Below, in pieces: positions 60,501 through 62,031 of a stretch of DNA of 62,031 nucleotides. Location of the stretch: the sequence record DRR723986_5242, one strand, 5' to 3'. Both the position numbers and the translations under genes were made by a program. The notes beneath the pieces were generated by a model. It saw only the letters and a list, made by a program, of their open reading frames with translations. It searched no databases and was not told the DNA's origin. Numbering within the stretch: the first letter of the stretch is position 1; each line of letters begins with the position of its first letter.

Positions 60501-60658
60501 GTTTGCGCCAAGGCATTCACACCCGCTTGGTTGATGGTGTTGTTGCGCAAAATCCAGTGCGCGGTAATGGCCACAGGAATAGACAGTAAAAACAGCGCAA
60601 TCAGACTGCCTACGATCAAGCGGGTTGTGAAGCTTGAGCGAATATTGAAATTAAGCAT
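57587..60658 (-). CDS. membrane hybrid sensor kinase (Cache-PAS-PAS-HK-REC)
   Basis: TM-Cache-TM, PAS domains, MSHEIRTPLNG, NLLSNAIKFT, GGTGLGL, C-terminal receiver. Confidence 0.92.
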   Translation of the reverse strand: MLNFNIRSSFTTRLIVGSLIALFLLSIPVAITAHWILRNNTINQAGVNALAQTEQIAQSVDRHLKEHLRDLVYTSRIEQSFGNFSAEEQTKLLQIMRDHTPGYLWIGVAAPDGTVLAALDDLLVGKSVAARPWFKQGLIAPAIMDVHEAALLAALLPSRAEEKYQFIDFTTPLKNRADEIIGVIGIHLDWKYFIAEIEKDVFNTINPSAPTVILAKDGSLRMGNRLDLADFQDSTAWTSMAGFQKAVAGENNWSIETLSDGRDYLVAFSPNNSAETRSLGWISATVTPLDAVASPISKALIGAIVALIIGTVATLLLVLALGRSLSAKASAYLELVRKNDPKALEASMKELPTELQPISRDILDLTRGLTEKSLSLEKALKSAKESYWVVEALIVQAPIPIAMFDTEMNYVAASSRWVQTFANGHKGSLVGKNHYDVVPNLHERWRQAHKAGLAGESLSATSDPWTSQDGHTIWLDWAIEPWLKPDGHRGGIILMCKDVTEERLIRDSLAESEERFKLAMEGSHDGLWDWQVGTNKVYFSPSWKRLLGYEDHELSNDFGTWERLTAPDDLEVAKKVLAEALDDPEKDSYEAEFCMAHKNGHWVHILAKALIVRDEDGKPTRVVGTHLDRTVQLELESRLRETAIAAKAEKDSNAEKSRFLATMSHEIRTPLNGIMGFARLLEMDLPPGELKEQAGYLVQSSETLSSILNDILDFSKLESGMVKLVDSPFLMEQLLKGSTELPRLTCESKGVKFELNNKLGEHQIYSGDMGRLRQILQNLLSNAIKFTSHGKVSLTVSNTPISSNEDLITFEVSDTGLGIPKDKQSLLFKPFSQVHTDRENRFGGTGLGLSIVKSLVNAMGGEIQLESEPGQGTQVMFSVSLKREHQLDSQSQERILPLKPLRVLVADDTPLNIRLIQTFLQKDAHLVEVARDGKEALNKAMTEPYDFILLDIDMPKLSGYEVVEKIRSTTGPNQQCEIAALTGYAFDSDIERAVAAGFNYHFAKPIQFNLLLNRLAISSQNTK

Positions 60659-60855
60659 GAAGCGGAATTTGGGGAAATTGCGGATGAATCACTGTAACTC
60701 AGGCTGAGGCAACCCTCAATCGTTAAAGAGGCATGATTTGTCTGGTTTTTCAGGGTATTGAATCAATCTCAGATGGATTGTGTTTGCCGCCCGGGAGTTA
60801 ACAATTCAAAGGTAGTATTGCGAACAATGTTTCATCACGACTGGAATCATCAGAA

Positions 60856-61380
60856 TTGGATTCAACTGATTTATTAACCCGGGCTGTCGGCGTCCTGGCG
60901 TTTGGTCTCAGTATTGCCGGGTTCTGCGTCATATCAGAGCGCGGTACCAAGCTCTTGTTTGCGTTGTCGTCAATGGCTTGGGGGCTTCAATACTACCTGT
61001 TGGGCGTGCACACCGGTTTCTTGATCATGTTGCTGACTGGGGTACGACAAGCCGTCACCATTTATTCCAACGTCATGGGCCGGCGTTTGCGTTTGATGCT
61101 GGTCTTGGGTTTTGGTAGTGTGGCCATCGCGATTGCGGTACTGACGTGGCAAGGTTGGCTGGCCAGTTCTCTGCCGCTGTTTGCTACCTTGTTGGGAACA
61201 TGGGCCTTGTTCATGATGGGCAACGTTGGCATGCGCAAAGCCACATTAGTCACCAACGCCCTGTGGGCGGTGCATGGTTACCTGTTTGATTCCTGGGAAC
61301 TGTGCTTGACCATGATCGTGATCACTGTGGCCAACCTGTATGGTTTATATCGCCTGCGAGGGGCTACTGTGGTGCCGTGA
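60856..61380 (+). CDS. YgjV-like inner membrane protein
   Basis: Highly hydrophobic with a two-repeat pattern; TTG start uncertain. Confidence 0.7.
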   Translation: MDSTDLLTRAVGVLAFGLSIAGFCVISERGTKLLFALSSMAWGLQYYLLGVHTGFLIMLLTGVRQAVTIYSNVMGRRLRLMLVLGFGSVAIAIAVLTWQGWLASSLPLFATLLGTWALFMMGNVGMRKATLVTNALWAVHGYLFDSWELCLTMIVITVANLYGLYRLRGATVVP

Positions 61381-61429
61381 AATGGAAAAAGTGGGAGACT
61401 CAAGGATACAACGGAGGAGTAAGTGAGCT

Positions 61430-61530
61430 GCGCTGTGTTGCCGGCTTTGCAAGGCTTCCCGGCGGATTCGCAGCGCGGGGCGGTTCCGCCAGGAACCGAT
61501 GCGAAGACGCCAAGGCGTTTCGCATGCCCC
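61430..61530. other. GC-rich multi-hairpin element (structured RNA or REP/MITE-like)
   Basis: Several nested stems read directly; see findings. Confidence 0.45.
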
Positions 61531-61685
61531 AAGCCAGAAGCGTCAAGCCGGAATTAGAAGCATTGCTTAGGCAATATTGCGCGGTTCACTTGCTTCGCCG
61601 TACGTCCGGAGTACAACGCTTTACGCCATTTACCTGCTAAAATGCAGCCTGTTTTCAAACCCTTGCATCATATAGAGGCCCCGCG

Positions 61686-62031
61686 ATGAACACGCGCCCC
61701 GCTTCTTCGCCTGCCGAGCATAACAGTCTTGTTGTCAACGGCGCTGCAGTCGAAGCCCAACTCCGTGAACTCCTTCAAAAACGCATCCTGATTCTGGACG
61801 GTGCAACCGGCACCATGATTCAGCAATACAAGCTCACGGAAGCCCAATACCGGGGCGAGCGTTTCGCTGATTTTCACCGCGACATCAAGGGCAACAACGA
61901 ATTGTTGGTGCTCACCCAGCCTGCCATCATGACCGAGATTCATGAGAAATACCTGGCTGCTGGTGCCGACATTCTGGAAACCAACACCTTCGGTGCCACC
62001 ACCGTGGCGCAGGCCGACTACGAGATGGAAC
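61686..62031 (+). CDS. metH: methionine synthase, homocysteine-binding domain (5' partial)
   Basis: Translated by hand: [14 protein letters not shown]...KGNNELL...[17 protein letters not shown]; runs off the window end. Confidence 0.93.
   Translation, partial: MNTRPASSPAEHNSLVVNGAAVEAQLRELLQKRILILDGATGTMIQQYKLTEAQYRGERFADFHRDIKGNNELLVLTQPAIMTEIHEKYLAAGADILETNTFGATTVAQADYEME

Noticed and set aside
61381-61750. SAH riboswitch before metH
   Set aside because: Fragments (CCGCCAGG, AACGGCGC) occur, but the GAGGAGCG-x-TGC core and spacing are missing and one fragment lies within the CDS
1-62031. CRISPR array, tRNA/rRNA, integrase or transposase
   Set aside because: No regularly spaced repeats, RNA-gene signatures or recombinase/DDE motifs recognised by eye

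Overview
Bacterial chromosomal window that looks betaproteobacterial by gene content and protein style (Burkholderiales, possibly Limnobacter-like; inference only). In order: (1) Entner-Doudoroff/anaplerotic cluster, eda-edd divergent from zwf-ppc, with a HexR-like operator and a trailing FRG-domain gene; (2) assorted small genes including a bacterial alternative oxidase; (3) a compositionally foreign accessory block (~11.9-21.6 kb) with a NERD nuclease and a five-gene minus-strand locus: RHH regulator, m5C methyltransferase, ~1030-aa Type IIG-like amino-methyltransferase, ParB/Srx-domain protein and Mrr-like 'DGGID...QCGC' protein. This locus is the best candidate for an undescribed restriction/anti-phage system; (4) a heavy-metal region (~26.6-45.9 kb) with a minimal merR/merT/GDCCVxC module lacking merA and merP, a CDF-type transporter under a CueR-like promoter, a Czc-like RND operon, a metal two-component system and cusCBA; (5) a PepSY/two-component module bracketed by a 21-bp near-identical inverted motif; (6) signalling genes including a 1658-aa protein with two complete histidine kinase cores; (7) the 5' end of metH behind a multi-hairpin element. 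I saw no tRNA, rRNA, CRISPR array, integrase or transposase. All calls come from motif recognition by eye; no searches were run.
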